Of a stretch of DNA of 64,000 nt, positions 14,296 to 26,200 are shown in pieces; the first letter of the stretch is position 1; every line of letters begins with the position of its first letter. The notes beneath the pieces are model-generated. The model had not been told where the DNA came from and did not search any database. It saw nothing but the letters and a program-made list of their open reading frames with translations. This DNA is from Utricularia gibba (taxonomy: Eukaryota > Plantae > Magnoliophyta), in NCBI GenBank assembly GCA_002189035.1, contig NEEC01000013.1, forward strand, positions 2,728,001 through 2,792,000, in the 5' to 3' direction. Both the position numbers and the translations under genes were made by a program.

Positions 14296-15502
14296 TCAAA
14301 GTTCTCCATCCCAAAGTTCTTCAAGTGTTTTGTACGGCCCATAATCAGATAGATAGTCCGCTCCCTGACATCCTCTGCTCTGCGGAATCCCCTTTATCTT
14401 CTCGGCTTCTTCATTGTTCAATGCCCATGAGAATATCTCCTTATTCTTCTTCATTCTCCCTGAGTTGAAGCTCTTCACCACCAGTCCTATGCCGTTCTCG
14501 TAGCACCATCGCAGTGACACCTAAATCACCTTCTTTTTAACATCATAGACGCAAATGAATGAAAGAGCATCTGTTTTTGTACCTGTGCAACACTTGTTCC
14601 TCTTGAATCTGCAATCTCTTGCAACACGTTGCTTTCCACAACTCTGTTTGTGCCCCAGAATGTCCCGACTGAACCTAAACAGCTGTAGGCAACCACAACA
14701 ATGCTGTTCTCTTTGCAGAATTGTATGAGTTTCTTCTGCTGCCAGAATGGGTTCACCTCCACCTCCCAAATACAAACAGAGCGATGTGAGTGATGGGTTC
14801 TTGGGGTACCTTTTCATCTATCTTAAAATGAATATGAACGAGCAGAAAGAGGTAGAAGAAGAGTACTTGATTGACTGCAGGGGGGATGGTGGAGACAGCC
14901 AAGAGTTGTTGAAGCTTTTTGATGGAAAAATTGCTGACTCCAACTGCCTTAGTATGTCCAATTTTTTGAGATTCTTCCATAGCTCCCCATACTGACTTGT
15001 AGTCAAATGGGAGAAAATCCTCCTTCTTGATGGGTACTCATATGTCCCTGCCTTTACGCTTACCGGCCAATGAATCAGATACAAGTCCAGATAGTCCGTT
15101 CCGAGGTTTCTGACAAAAAACCCACAAGTTGAAACCAACATCTATCGCAAATAGAGAAGCAATTGTTGCTTAATTTACTTACTCTAGGGTTTTTTTGATC
15201 GCCGGGATAACGCGATCGGAGTGGGCGTCGCTGCACCAGAGCTTCGAAGTGATGAAAACGTCGCTTCTGGATTGGATCAACCCCAGATTCACCGCCTCTC
15301 TGATGCCTGCCCCCAGCGGCTTTTCGGTGTTGTACAGAAAAGCCGTGTCGAAGTGGCGGTACCCGATGCGGATTGCATTCACCACAGCTTCTTGTATCAC
15401 TTCCGGAGGCGGTAGTGGAGAGGCGGCGGTGCCGAACGCCAAAACAGGCATCTTCAGGCCGCCTGCGAGGGTGAGTAGAGGAACGGCGGGCTCGGAATCC
15501 AT
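14296..15502 (-). CDS. Aldo-keto reductase, AKR4 type (chalcone/codeinone/galacturonate reductase-like); one apparent -1 frameshift
   Basis: [37 protein letters not shown] (D/Y/K/H tetrad intact), VGVSNFS, PAVNQVEVNP, SLRWCYE..VKSFN; frame break at G3 15032-15034. Confidence 0.92.
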
Positions 15503-16076
15503 TGACGAGTTGAAGATCTTCCTGGTTCCCAGTCTCCGATTTCGATTGAAGTGGCCGGCTGATCAGTGCTTTTTGGAAGTTATGCTGTGGACCGCGGAGG
15601 TGTCACTAGTCAGCAGCGGCAACTCACGAACTTTCCGAAGGCGGCTGCTCGTTTTTTCTCATTCCGTACTAATATTTTTATTGCTATGTATTTTTTGAAA
15701 TTATTGCATTTAAAAATTGTTCCTTTTATTTTTGAAATATGAGATATAAAAGGAAACGAATGTATTTATTTTTCTCTGCAACTGTGACATTTTTGAACGT
15801 GAACGGGGGGCACTTTCCTCAGTCTGGCCGGGTTCCCAACTACTGGCTACTCCAGTGTCCTAATGCCAACTACTTATCGCCTAGATGCTCGAGTTTGAAG
15901 CGCCGCCGCTTTTTTACTCACCGCCTCCGTCCATAAATTTCGCCGTTTCTCATTCCTAGATTCCGACTTACGGTAATGTACCGTATTCAACAAGCCCTAG
16001 TTTTGGTGTTGCTGTGCGTATTCTGAGTTACAGCGAATTCACGGTGCTACCGGAGACCAGGTTGTACTTGTTGGTA

Positions 16077-17787
16077 ATGTCTGTGTCGCCGACAGCGAGA
16101 TCGATTAATTCTACGGAGGCGGAGGTTGTTCGGCCGGTGCTGGTACGGGCGGGGAATAATTCTGGATCTGTTGAATTGCAGAAGCTAATGCTGAAGACTG
16201 AGAAGGGTAAAGGGGCCTCAGTTGCTGATGATAATAAAGGGATGAAGTCCTTGGGAGCATTACAGTCGTCGGAAGTGGCGGATGAAGGAGTCTCTGCCTC
16301 GGTGAGGGAATTCGGGCAGAATGGGAGGAGTGTGTCGTCTATTCTGAGGTGCAGACAGCAGAACTTGTCCTTAAATGCTTCGTGTTCGTCGGATGCTTCC
16401 ACGGATTCTTCACACAGCAGAGCTTCCGCAGGGAGGATTAGACGGCAAAGTTCAGCTCCGGCTCATGTTTTAGAGCGCAGTGTTGACAGAATTCTGAGAA
16501 ATAGGAGAAGAAATGTAGGGACAAATGGTGAAGTTTCCGGTTCTAACTTGGCCACAAAAAGGTGTTCTTGGGTGACTTCGAATACGGGTACATTTTCTCG
16601 CGCTCCTCGCAGATAGTAGGCGCTTGTTGCATTTTCGTTTTCTTGTGAAGTATTGATGAGCTGCAAGCAAAAACTGCGGAAATAGTCAAGTTTTTTCTTT
16701 TTCGGTCTACGTCTGCTTACGTTCGTTAAGCCTACACAGCAATATGGTGTTGCTGTTTTTGTTTACCGATGCAAGTCTAGTTTATGAATTCGAAGACATT
16801 TTTCGATGCTTTCTGCATGCGCTTATTGGATGCTATTTCTATCATTTCCCATTCTAACTGGCTTTGCTTTGATGAAGATCCATCTTATGCTGCCTTTCAT
16901 GATGAAGAGTGGGGACTTCCTATTCACAATGATAAGTATGCATGCATTTCAGTCAGTTTTTATTCTTCAATCACTATCGGCAATTAAATATATTAATCTT
17001 GGACGTCTTAATTTTTGGTTCACTCTTCAAATTTCAGGAAGCTCTTCGAACTTTTTAGCTATTCTACTGCACTGGCAGAACTTTCCTGGCCAGCCATTCT
17101 TAGCAGGAGACATGTATTCAGGTATGCTACTGTTTGACACAGATGAATGTATATGAAGAGTAGGGCAGAAACTTATTGGGAATATGTTACAGGGAAGCCT
17201 TTTTTGACTTTGATCCAATTGCCGTGTCGAAGTTACAAGGCAAGAAACTTTCAGCTCCTGGAACTCCTGCTAGCTCTCTTTTATCTGAGCTAAAGCTCCG
17301 ATCAATTATCGAGAACGCATGCCAAATTTGTAAGGTATGCATTGTGATGATGAATGACCTTTTGTATATAACTTGGAAGTCTGTTTGTTCATAGGGATGC
17401 CTTTCTCTACATGAACACCTGCAGATAACGGACGAGTATGGGTCTTTTGACAAATACATTTGGAGTTTTGTGAACTACAAGCCCATTCTTGGAAATTTCC
17501 GGTATCCTCGGCAAGTTCCAATCAAAACCTCCAAGGCAGAGGCGATAAGCAAGGATCTTGTGAAGAGAGGATTTCGAGGTGTTGGGCCTACAGTAGTCTA
17601 CTCATTCATGCAAGCCGCTGGGATTACAAACGACCACCTTGTCATTTGTTTCAGATATCTGGACTGCATAAACGCTGCAGATATGGGGGATAACAGTGAT
17701 GGGGCCGCATCGCAGTCCAACCCTTCTGAAGATCATGTCGACACAGAATTTACCAAGGAGATCGATCATCTCAGTTTGTCCAGGTAG
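16077..17787 (+). CDS. DNA-3-methyladenine glycosylase I (Tag/Adenine_glyco family), five exons
   Basis: KRCSWVT..|DPSYAAFHDEEWGLP..DK|KLFELF..ELSWPAILSRR..F|REAFFDFDP..|..SFDKYIWSFVNYKP..KTSKAEAISKDLVKRGFRGVGPTVVYSFMQAAGITNDHL..CFR. Confidence 0.93.
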
Positions 17788-19021
17788 CGTGATTCTGTGA
17801 TGCTAACCCTTTCTCTTCGATCATGAAACCTGTAGTTTTGTGTACAAATCATGTAGATTGAACCTCCTTTGATTCGCCTTGCGAGAGAATTTCATTCTTG
17901 TTCATGGCTTCAATCTTCTGGAGGCAGAGCCACTGAAACTGCTCTGTAAGATATCTGTTTCACAGGCAGCCTGGCTTCTTGATACTCTTTTCTTCCCATC
18001 TTCTCTTTGTCTGATTGTTTGGGTGAACAAACTTGCCCCATGTGGGTGCAGCAAGCTCTGCTGTAAAACTGTGATCTTTCTTCAAGTCAGAAGCCATCTG
18101 GCACTTGTCTGTCCAAGATGCCGGTAGTATCCAAGTGATTAATGTGTTGAATGGAATATCTTTCTTACAAAAAATGTCAAAATCAAACCATACAGTGCAA
18201 CAAGACAAGAATGTTGACTATTCGTTTTCTGTGGTTTTTTTATGAAAAGGAAAAAAGTAGAAAATAAAAAAAGAGAAGTGGGGTATATAAAGGATGTAAG
18301 GTGTGTACTATTTTGCTTTCGCATATTAAATTTTTTTTGAGGAAAAATAATATAATTTGTAGTTTTCCCAACCAAATCTTGCTCTTGTTCTTCTTCGTCC
18401 GTTTCTGTGTTCTCTCTCTCTATAATTCATCATCGTCTTGGCATTCAAAAACCGTATCTTCTCTGAGTAATTTTCCGTCCAAGCTCGGAACTTTTTTTCT
18501 CTCGGATTTGCATGCCCAGTAGGTAGCAGTACTGTGTGGAGAAGAAATCTGGATCTGGGGTTTGTTTCTATACAGATCCATCTTGTGTGACTTTGAGGTG
18601 AGTTTCCTTTGCTGAAAGACGTTGTATCGGATATGGGTTGGTGGGGGGTGATCGATCTGAAAGTTAATAGCGAAGAGAGGGTGAAAAGATGCTAGATCTG
18701 CTCTGGGTTATTCCCGATTATCTTTTGGGGGTTGACCATATCTTTATATGAGTTTTGTTTCAGCAGATCTCATTTATATACGATGTCTTCCATGGTGGAT
18801 CCAGCATCTTGCATGTCTTCTTCATATTTGAGATAGTTTTGCGTGGATTTGATTGACAAAAAGCTTCTCCGGGTGTGCCTGATCTTGATTTTTTCGGTGA
18901 TTTCAGGTATAATTGAGAGCGGGTGATATCGGTTTCGGGCTTCTCGGAAGTCTTCGATCCTTGGATGGTAAAGAAGAAAGACCTTATCTTGTGAAAGTTG
19001 CTCCGACTTGCATAGTGGGAA

Positions 19022-19845
19022 ATGTCCCTTTTGCCTAAAGGCGATTCGATTCAGATCCGGGAGGTTTGGGCTGAGAATCTGGAAGAGGAGTTCGATCTGA
19101 TTCGTGGATTGTTGATGAGTACCCTTACATCGCGATGGACACTGAGTTCCCTGGGGTTGTTCTACGCCCAGTAGGCAATTTCAGGAACTCAAGCGATTAC
19201 CATTATCAGACATTGAAAGACAACGTGGATTTGTTGAAGTTGATTCAACTGGGACTTACGTTTTCTGATGATCAGGGTAACTTGCCAACTTGTGGGACTG
19301 ATAAACAGTGCATTTGGCAATTCAACTTTCGCGAATTCAACCCGAACGAGGATGTGTTCGCGAATGATTCCATCGAGCTCTTGAGCCAGAGTGGCATAGA
19401 TTTTGGCATGAACAACGAGAAGGGTGTGGATGCCAGACGTTTTGGCGAGCTTCTAATGTCATCTGGTGTTGTCCTGAACAATAACGTATTCTGGGTGACA
19501 TTCCACAGTGGCTATGATTTCGGATACCTGCTGAAGCTTTTGACTTGCCACAACTTACCCGATTCGCAGGGCGGTTTCTTCAGCTTGATGGGTATCTTCT
19601 TCCCCGTGATCTACGACATCAAGCATCTGATGAAGTTCTCGAATAGCCTCCACGGCGGCCTGAACAAACTGGCCGAGCTGTTGGAGGTGGAGAGAGTCGG
19701 GGTTTGCCATCAAGCCGGCTCCGACAGCCTCCTCACGGCGTGCACGTTCAGGAAGCTGAGGGAGACCTTCTTCAGTGGATCAATGGAGAAGTATTCGGGT
19801 GTCTTGTATGGGTTAGGCGTTGAAAATGGACAGGCTACTGCTTAG
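19022..19845 (+). CDS. CAF1: CCR4-associated factor 1 (DEDDh deadenylase), intronless CDS; one apparent -1 frameshift near codon 29
   Basis: [28 protein letters not shown] / [15 protein letters not shown]...[13 protein letters not shown]...[10 protein letters not shown]; frame break near 19106-19107. Confidence 0.93.
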
Positions 19846-20087
19846 CGGCAGCAGCAGAAGTGAATCTCTTTGTTTCTGGTGCTGCTCTGTGTTGTGCAAA
19901 AATGCCACACTCTCTGTACTGTACACTTATGTGTAATGAAATCAAGCAATTCCGACAAGCCTATTGCATCTTTGGCACATCCCTTCTTGCAAAAACCATG
20001 TATTTAGACAAGATGTGTAACATCAAAGGCGATGATGCTTTGTCTGTGTGCATCGATGTGCCTACTGATTTTTACGTAAAAATTAAA

Positions 20088-20649
20088 GGCCCATGGGCCC
20101 ATATTTTGGGCCGGATCCAAATAGATCCGGCCCCGTAAACTACGGAGGCCCATGGATACCACGAAAAAAGGGGCCTTTTAGGATGTGGGCCGTTCTTCTG
20201 CAGTTGCCCGGCGCGTCACTATTGGGTTTCGTGTGCTTCTTTTGTCCTGGAGATGGGTACGGATCGGACCAGCCCAACCAGACCCAATGCCCTCTGTGCG
20301 TAGAGATTATGGGGTGTAGCTGGACGGACTCAGAGGGAGTAACCCATTGACGAGTAGAAGCCCGACGAACGCCCATCGTTCAAGTTGAAAACCCTTCTGG
20401 TTTAACCTTTGCCGGCACGTAGCTGATTCATACGCTCCCTCGAATCTCGATTGTCTCAATTCAAGCTACAGGTAACATTTTCGCTACTAATCAGTTTTAT
20501 TGCCCCCCACCAGTAGGCAGGCTTTGCAAATTCGGCGGTTCTTGTGCGGTCGCTAGCCCTACTTTCCCTTTTAACTTGCTCATGAACACATGAGGTTTCG
20601 GTTTATGAAGAGTAATCTGCCTGGGAATGGGTAGTCGAAATTAGGGTTT
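20088..20649 (+). promoter_or_regulatory. RPB5 promoter/leader with site II (TGGGCY) cluster and telo-box
   Basis: Palindrome GGCCCATGGGCC 20088-20099, further TGGGCC copies nearby, and TTAGGGTTT (reverse telo-box) 20641-20649 in the leader intron. Confidence 0.55.
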
Positions 20650-20724
20650 AACCTGCACGTGATTTTTGCGTTGTTTAGTTGCACTGATGTATGCCGTGGG
20701 TTCTTGGATGATGGCAGGGTAAAG

Positions 20725-21937
20725 ATGATTCTATCTGAGGATCAGATCACCAGATTGTACAGAATTAGAAGGACAGTTATGCAAATGTTGAAGGATAGGA
20801 CTTATGTTGTGGTGGATTTTGAGATTTCTATGACCAGGGGTCAATTCGTTCAGAAGTATGGTGAAAATATGAAGAGAGAAGACCTTTTTATACTCAAGGA
20901 AATGCGCCAAAATCCTGCTGACAAGGTTATGTTCTAATTTCCTTTTCTGTTCATTTTATGAAACGTATGGCATGATTTAGTGCTCTTGGAACTTATAAAT
21001 TGACTCCATAGAATTCGATATTTGGATTAAGGAACGAATTTGTTGACATGGGGTTGATTGAGTGAATGGAGGAAATGTGTTTTATGCTACTTTTATGTGT
21101 TACTCAATATGCCTTTTTTTCTTCTGTTATCTAGGCTGTTCAGTTTTGTCTTGGTATTGCCTTCATTCTGAATGCCACCATGTTTCTCCTATTGGCTTCT
21201 TTTATTTTTCTCTTGTATACATCTTCTAAGTAGACTTGTGGTCTCTCCTGGCCATCCCCAAATTCCATTGGCGTAAGGTCTCTTTATTTATCAAGATTTT
21301 GTCTATATCATTGTGTTCAGATATATGTATTCTTCCCGAGGAGCAGAAGGTTGGGGTTAAGACAATGAAAACTTACACCAATAAAATGAAGGAGGAGAAC
21401 ATTCATCGTGCCATCCTTGTTGTACAGCAGAATTTAACCCCTTTTGCTAGGACCTGCGTTAATGAAATATCTTCAAAGTTCCACTTGGAAGTGTTCCAGG
21501 TAATATCCCAGTCACCATGCTCTGCTTATTCTCTGCATATTGTCATTGTTGTTTGTCTCATCCTCTTGGTTACACCCTAAAGGAGGCGGAGCTATTAATC
21601 AACATAAAAGAACACGTTCTCGTTCCCGAGCACGTCTTGTTGACACCTGAAGAGAAGAAAACTTTGCTTGAGCGATACACCGTGAAGGAAACTCAGGTTA
21701 GCTTCACATGTTTATGCAGACTGGATTTTGTCCGAAGATGATTCCCATACAATTTTTTTTTTTTTTTTTGTTCTTTTTGTGACTTGGGTTGCATCTGTTG
21801 TCTTGGATCAGCTTCCTCGTATTCAGATCACAGACCCTATCGCACGATACTACGGGCTCAAGCGCGGACAAGTGGTCAAGATAATCCGGCCTAGTGAGAC
21901 TGCAGGGCGATATGTCACTTACAGATATGTCGTCTGA
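20725..21937 (+). CDS. NRPB5: Common RNA polymerase I/II/III subunit RPB5 (RPABC1), four coding exons; one apparent -1 frameshift
   Basis: [16 protein letters not shown]..., [80 protein letters not shown]; frame break at C3 21335-21337. Confidence 0.96.
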
Positions 21938-22188
21938 TTGACAAAAGGGCAAGCTTCTTTGTATTTGTTGTGTGCGTTGTCACCAGAACCTGCTTTCTTG
22001 TTCAAATTACAGAGCAGTCTTCTTTTATTTAGAATGCAATACTATTAAAGATATGACAAAGAAAAAATTCTTAAACTAACACAAAACTAGGAGGAAACAG
22101 AAGATCACATGTTTGTTTGGGACATGTACTGGGTGCTACACTTTAACTATGCGGATCTAAAGACAGGGGAGCATTCGGTTTCACTGAA

Positions 22189-22960
22189 CTACTCTTCTTC
22201 ATTTTCATCTGTTGCTGCAGCCATTAACTCATCAAAGTTTGCTGTTTTCTGAAGGACTACTTCGATCTGCAGACATTCAGCAAAGTGAAAACAGATAGCC
22301 TCTAAGCTGATCTTTGTCAAACAGCTAACAGACTATCAACCATTAATTGCAGAAACATCACATCGTACCTTGGCCTTTTGGATGGTTCTGTCCCTTGTAT
22401 CATCGTTTATCTCCAAAGAGGATGTAGTGATCTCTACACGTTTAGATGAATAAACAGTCAGATTCAATGCCATGATCTACGAGAAGGGTGCTTAAGATTC
22501 CAAGAGGATCACAGCGGCAACCACAGTTGAAACTCACTTTTCTCAACAGCAAATCCGTTGTTCTTCAGAATCTCTGCAACTGAGACAACAGTCGAAATCG
22601 CTGCACCATGTAGAGAAATAGAAATCAGGCACAGGATATGCCTCAAACAAGACTCCAGAAAGCTCCTGGACATGTTTTCACGCAACATAAACTAGAGCTT
22701 GAAGCCTTGAAATTACCCATGCCAAGCGCTGAAAGCTCCACCTCATTGTGCTCTTGCATGTATCTCTAGAATCATAACGCATATCAAAAGAAGGACAAAA
22801 ACCCAATCAGAAATCGAAAACTCATCGAATCAACCGTGAAAGGAAAGAAAGTGAAAAGGAAAACTGCCTTAGCGAGATTAACGTAAAAGAAGAGCGGCCT
22901 CTTCGTGTTGGATACTTGAATCCGATTCTTCTTCTGCGTCTCCTCAGCTACCTGAGCCAT
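22189..22960 (-). CDS. ALBA: Alba DNA/RNA-binding protein, short Rpp20-like type, five exons
   Basis: MAQVAEETQKKNRIQVSNTKRPLFFYVNLAK|RYMQEHNEVELSALGM|AISTVVSVAEILKNNGFAVEK|KITTSS..|IEVVLQKTANFDELMAAATDENEEE*. Confidence 0.93.
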
Positions 22961-23040
22961 TTCAGCAAATCGATTACACAATACTGGCAACGGAAGAAAG
23001 GAAAACTGCTTCACGAATCGTTCTCGAACCCTTCTGCTGC

Positions 23041-23049
23041 AAACCCTAA
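23041..23049 (+). promoter_or_regulatory. Telo-box in the Alba/DnaJ bidirectional promoter
   Basis: Exact AAACCCTAA between two divergent ATGs (22960 and 23180). Confidence 0.65.
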
Positions 23050-23179
23050 TTCGCAGATGCTGGGGAGCTATTTAACCTAATTTATTTTTATTAAATTATT
23101 TTTATATTATTGCCTCTCTTTCTGTGTGCTGTTCAATTTCTCTCCTTTGAGAATTATCTGACTTTGGGGAAGAAGCTGA

Positions 23180-25733
23180 ATGGGGGATGGAAGAAGAGCA
23201 AGAGATTATGATAGGAAGGAGAAGAAGAAGAAAAAGGAGCACCACGAAAGGGGCCAAGATCGCAAAAAGCATGAGCAAAAGGTTAGGAGACATCACTCAC
23301 ATCAGGAGCGCAGTTCTGGATCGGATTCTTGCATTGGAAGCCCTGAGGATGCGGTGAAGTGTATACTGGAGGAATTTCCTTCTGTTTCTGGCGACCTTGA
23401 ACAGGTTCTTATTGCAAATTTCATTCTTTCCAGTTCCTTTCTTCGTCTAACGGGAGTTGTGATTTTTTTCTTTAGCTTTTGAAAATGGTTGATAGTGGCC
23501 AAGCTGTTGACATTGGGGGTTATCAGAACGGTCGTTGGTGAAGCATCTTCGAAGTCTTTTCAAATCCTTGAATCTAAAAAAGAAGGGACATGATGTATTT
23601 TTGCTTCGGGATCAATCAAGGCCTACACTTGATATTGTTGGTTCAGTTATTTATGCACACCTGGAATCCCAAATGGAGGCCAAAATTTTAGATAAAAATT
23701 TGCAATCCCCAGATCCTGAACCTGGTTGTGCAATCCATAGCATGGATGATGCTGAGGAAGGCGAAAGAACAAGGTAGTGAAGTCTGAATGTATGATTCTC
23801 AGCTAGAGTGTTTATTTTTCATGAATTGTCTTGCTGGGATTGTTCTTTGTCTTGCATCGCCTATTTCTCTTGCAGGGTTATCGGGCCTGAAATGCCTTCT
23901 GCTGAGCTTCTTGGTACAGATTACAAGAGAGTTATTGGACCCGAAATGCCTTCTTCTGAGCTGCTAGCCTCAGCCCCCAAGAAGATCATTGGACCGGAAA
24001 TGCCTTCTGCCGAGCTGCTTGCTGCAGCTGCGAAACTGAACGAAGCCGAGGCTGAGCTCAGGTATGGGTTGTCCTTGATTTTTGAGTAGATGAAGTGTTC
24101 AACTGGTTTTTATGTGTCGAGTAGTGAGAAATTTTGATGTCATACTGATTAGTGAGAAATTTCGGCAGAGAAGCTGAATTAGATGTGGATGATGAGTTTT
24201 TTATTGGACCCCCACCTCCTGCTGTAGTAAAAGAAGCTGCATCCGCAAATGAAGCTGAACGCTTCGAGGAGGTTTTGCTTTGTTATGATTTCTATCACTC
24301 TCTGAAAAACTCAATTTCAGTTTTCCTTAAGCTTTTTCTTATGCCCGGCCTCGTTGTTTTGTTTCCAGATAACAAGAATTCTTGATGCTGAAGCCAACAG
24401 TCCATATGACATACTTGGAGTCAACAAAAACATGCCAGCTGAAAACATAAAGAAAAGGTATCTGTGCACACAAATTAATTTAGTAAAAGGAATTGTTGCC
24501 AAGAACGAGTTGGGTAATCTACTCTCGAAGTTTTGTTGTTGGAATGATTTTTAGTGTGAATTTATATACTTTAACTTTTCTGCATGTTCTTATTGCTGCA
24601 TGGTTTCTTTTTTTGAAGGTTCTGGAAACTATCACTAATTGTTCATCCGGACAAATGTTCTCACCCGCAAGCTCATCAAGCATTTGTTAAGCTAAACAAA
24701 GCATTCAAGGACCTGCATGATCCTGAGACGGTGAGTGCTGTGATTTCGTGGTTGTGTGCTATGATCTCGTACTGTATCATCATTACGTGTTATTCTACGT
24801 AGAGAAAAGCACTGGATGACAAAATCAAGTTAAAGGAGGAACAGGAAGCCTTCCAGGTATCACTCATCATGTCTCGCTACTGTAAAAAAACTACAGCTTA
24901 ATTCATGCTTGCCAATCATTTATCTGCAGGTGGAGCTAAAACAAATGCGTGAGGCAGCTCAGTGGAGGCGCCTTCAGGGTTAGAACTGCCTAATTTCATA
25001 TTGGTTACATAAATAAAAAAAAACGATAAGAGCTATATGTTGAAATTTGTTATGATAGGCATATCCATGGAAGGGGACGATGTATTGCTGGCTGAACTTG
25101 ATGCCAAAGCTGAACGCAAAAGGGATGAGTGGATGACGGAATTGCCTCCAGAAAGAAAGGTGGGATGTGCATGTCAATTCCTGTGATCCCATTGGAAGGC
25201 ACTCATACCAAGTCTCTTTTTTCAGCCTGGTATGGCTATGCATATGCCTACAGGTTTCAGTAAGAGCACGAAAGAAGGACGTGGTGATACGAGCTCCTGG
25301 ACGGAGACGCCCTCTGAAAGAGCCCATAAAGCAAAGATGAAGTATGCTTGCTTATTCCTTTAGGTTGAAAATTTCAAGCCTTGACCTTTACAACTCATGT
25401 TGCAGACACCTCGAAGCCCTCAGTGAGGTTGCTGCAGTGACTTCAAATGAGCAAAAAAAGAAAACGGCAGAGTTGGTCAATGAGTTCAACGAGTTAAAAA
25501 GGTCGAAAACATTGGTTGAGAAACATCAAGAGTTGGGTAGAGCGAAGTTAAAGAAGAAACGAACGCAGGAGGGATCTAAAGAGGAATGGGAAGGAGCTCA
25601 TCCATGGAAACCTTGGGACCGCGAAAAGGATTTGACAGCCGGAAGGCAGAAGGTGAAATTGGATGCGGACAACATGGCTCAGGGTCTATCCTCCAGGTTT
25701 GCCTCTGGATCCTTTCAGAAGAACTTCCTCTAG
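23180..25733 (+). CDS. DnaJ-domain protein with GPALPP1/DUF3752-like C-terminus (At1g65280-like); one apparent -1 frameshift
   Basis: Lys/His-rich N-terminus, IGPEMPSAELL motifs, J domain SPYDILGV...LIVHPDKC..AHQAFVKLNKAFKDL, C-terminus RDEWMTELPP...PWKPWDREKDLTAGRQ...LSSRFASGSFQKNFL*; frame break at G5 23515-23519. Confidence 0.88.
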
Positions 25734-26200
25734 TGTAGGATACCCCTCAAGAGCAAATATGCGGTTGTTTGTCTGATACTGTAGAAAACCATGACAAGGT
25801 GGGAAAAGTACCCTGATGAACAGAGAGTTTCAGTGTAACAAAGTTTTTTTTCTTGTAATATGAGCAGGATCGCTTAGCATCCATTTTGTGTTCTACTGAG
25901 TATTGCATCGCATGACAGCAACAACAGATAAAAAAAAAAAAACTGAAACAAGAGGAAACAAGTATAATGTGAATGGCTCAGGAATGCATGATTAGGCTTC
26001 CAGTTCATAGTGTCATGGGGAGCTCAGAATCAGGTTCATCCTCACTGGGAGCGAAGCAAGATGCAGTAGACCATCCATCAACCAAGTCCAGTTGTATAAC
26101 CAAGGTATGCTGTGGTTGGAACTGCTCCATAGTGCGCCAAATCAAGCAGAAATGACCTCAACCAAGTCCAGTAAGGAGAGGTACCAAATGGAGATGGGTA

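Noticed and set aside
16463-16666. 67-aa minus-strand ORF with a hydrophobic tail
   Set aside because: Antisense to glycosylase exon 1 and intron 1; no family resemblance.
26077-26172. 15-bp direct repeat TCAACCAAGTCCAGT in the PHD 3' UTR
   Set aside because: Two short copies only, with no TE termini between them; likely a trivial local duplication.
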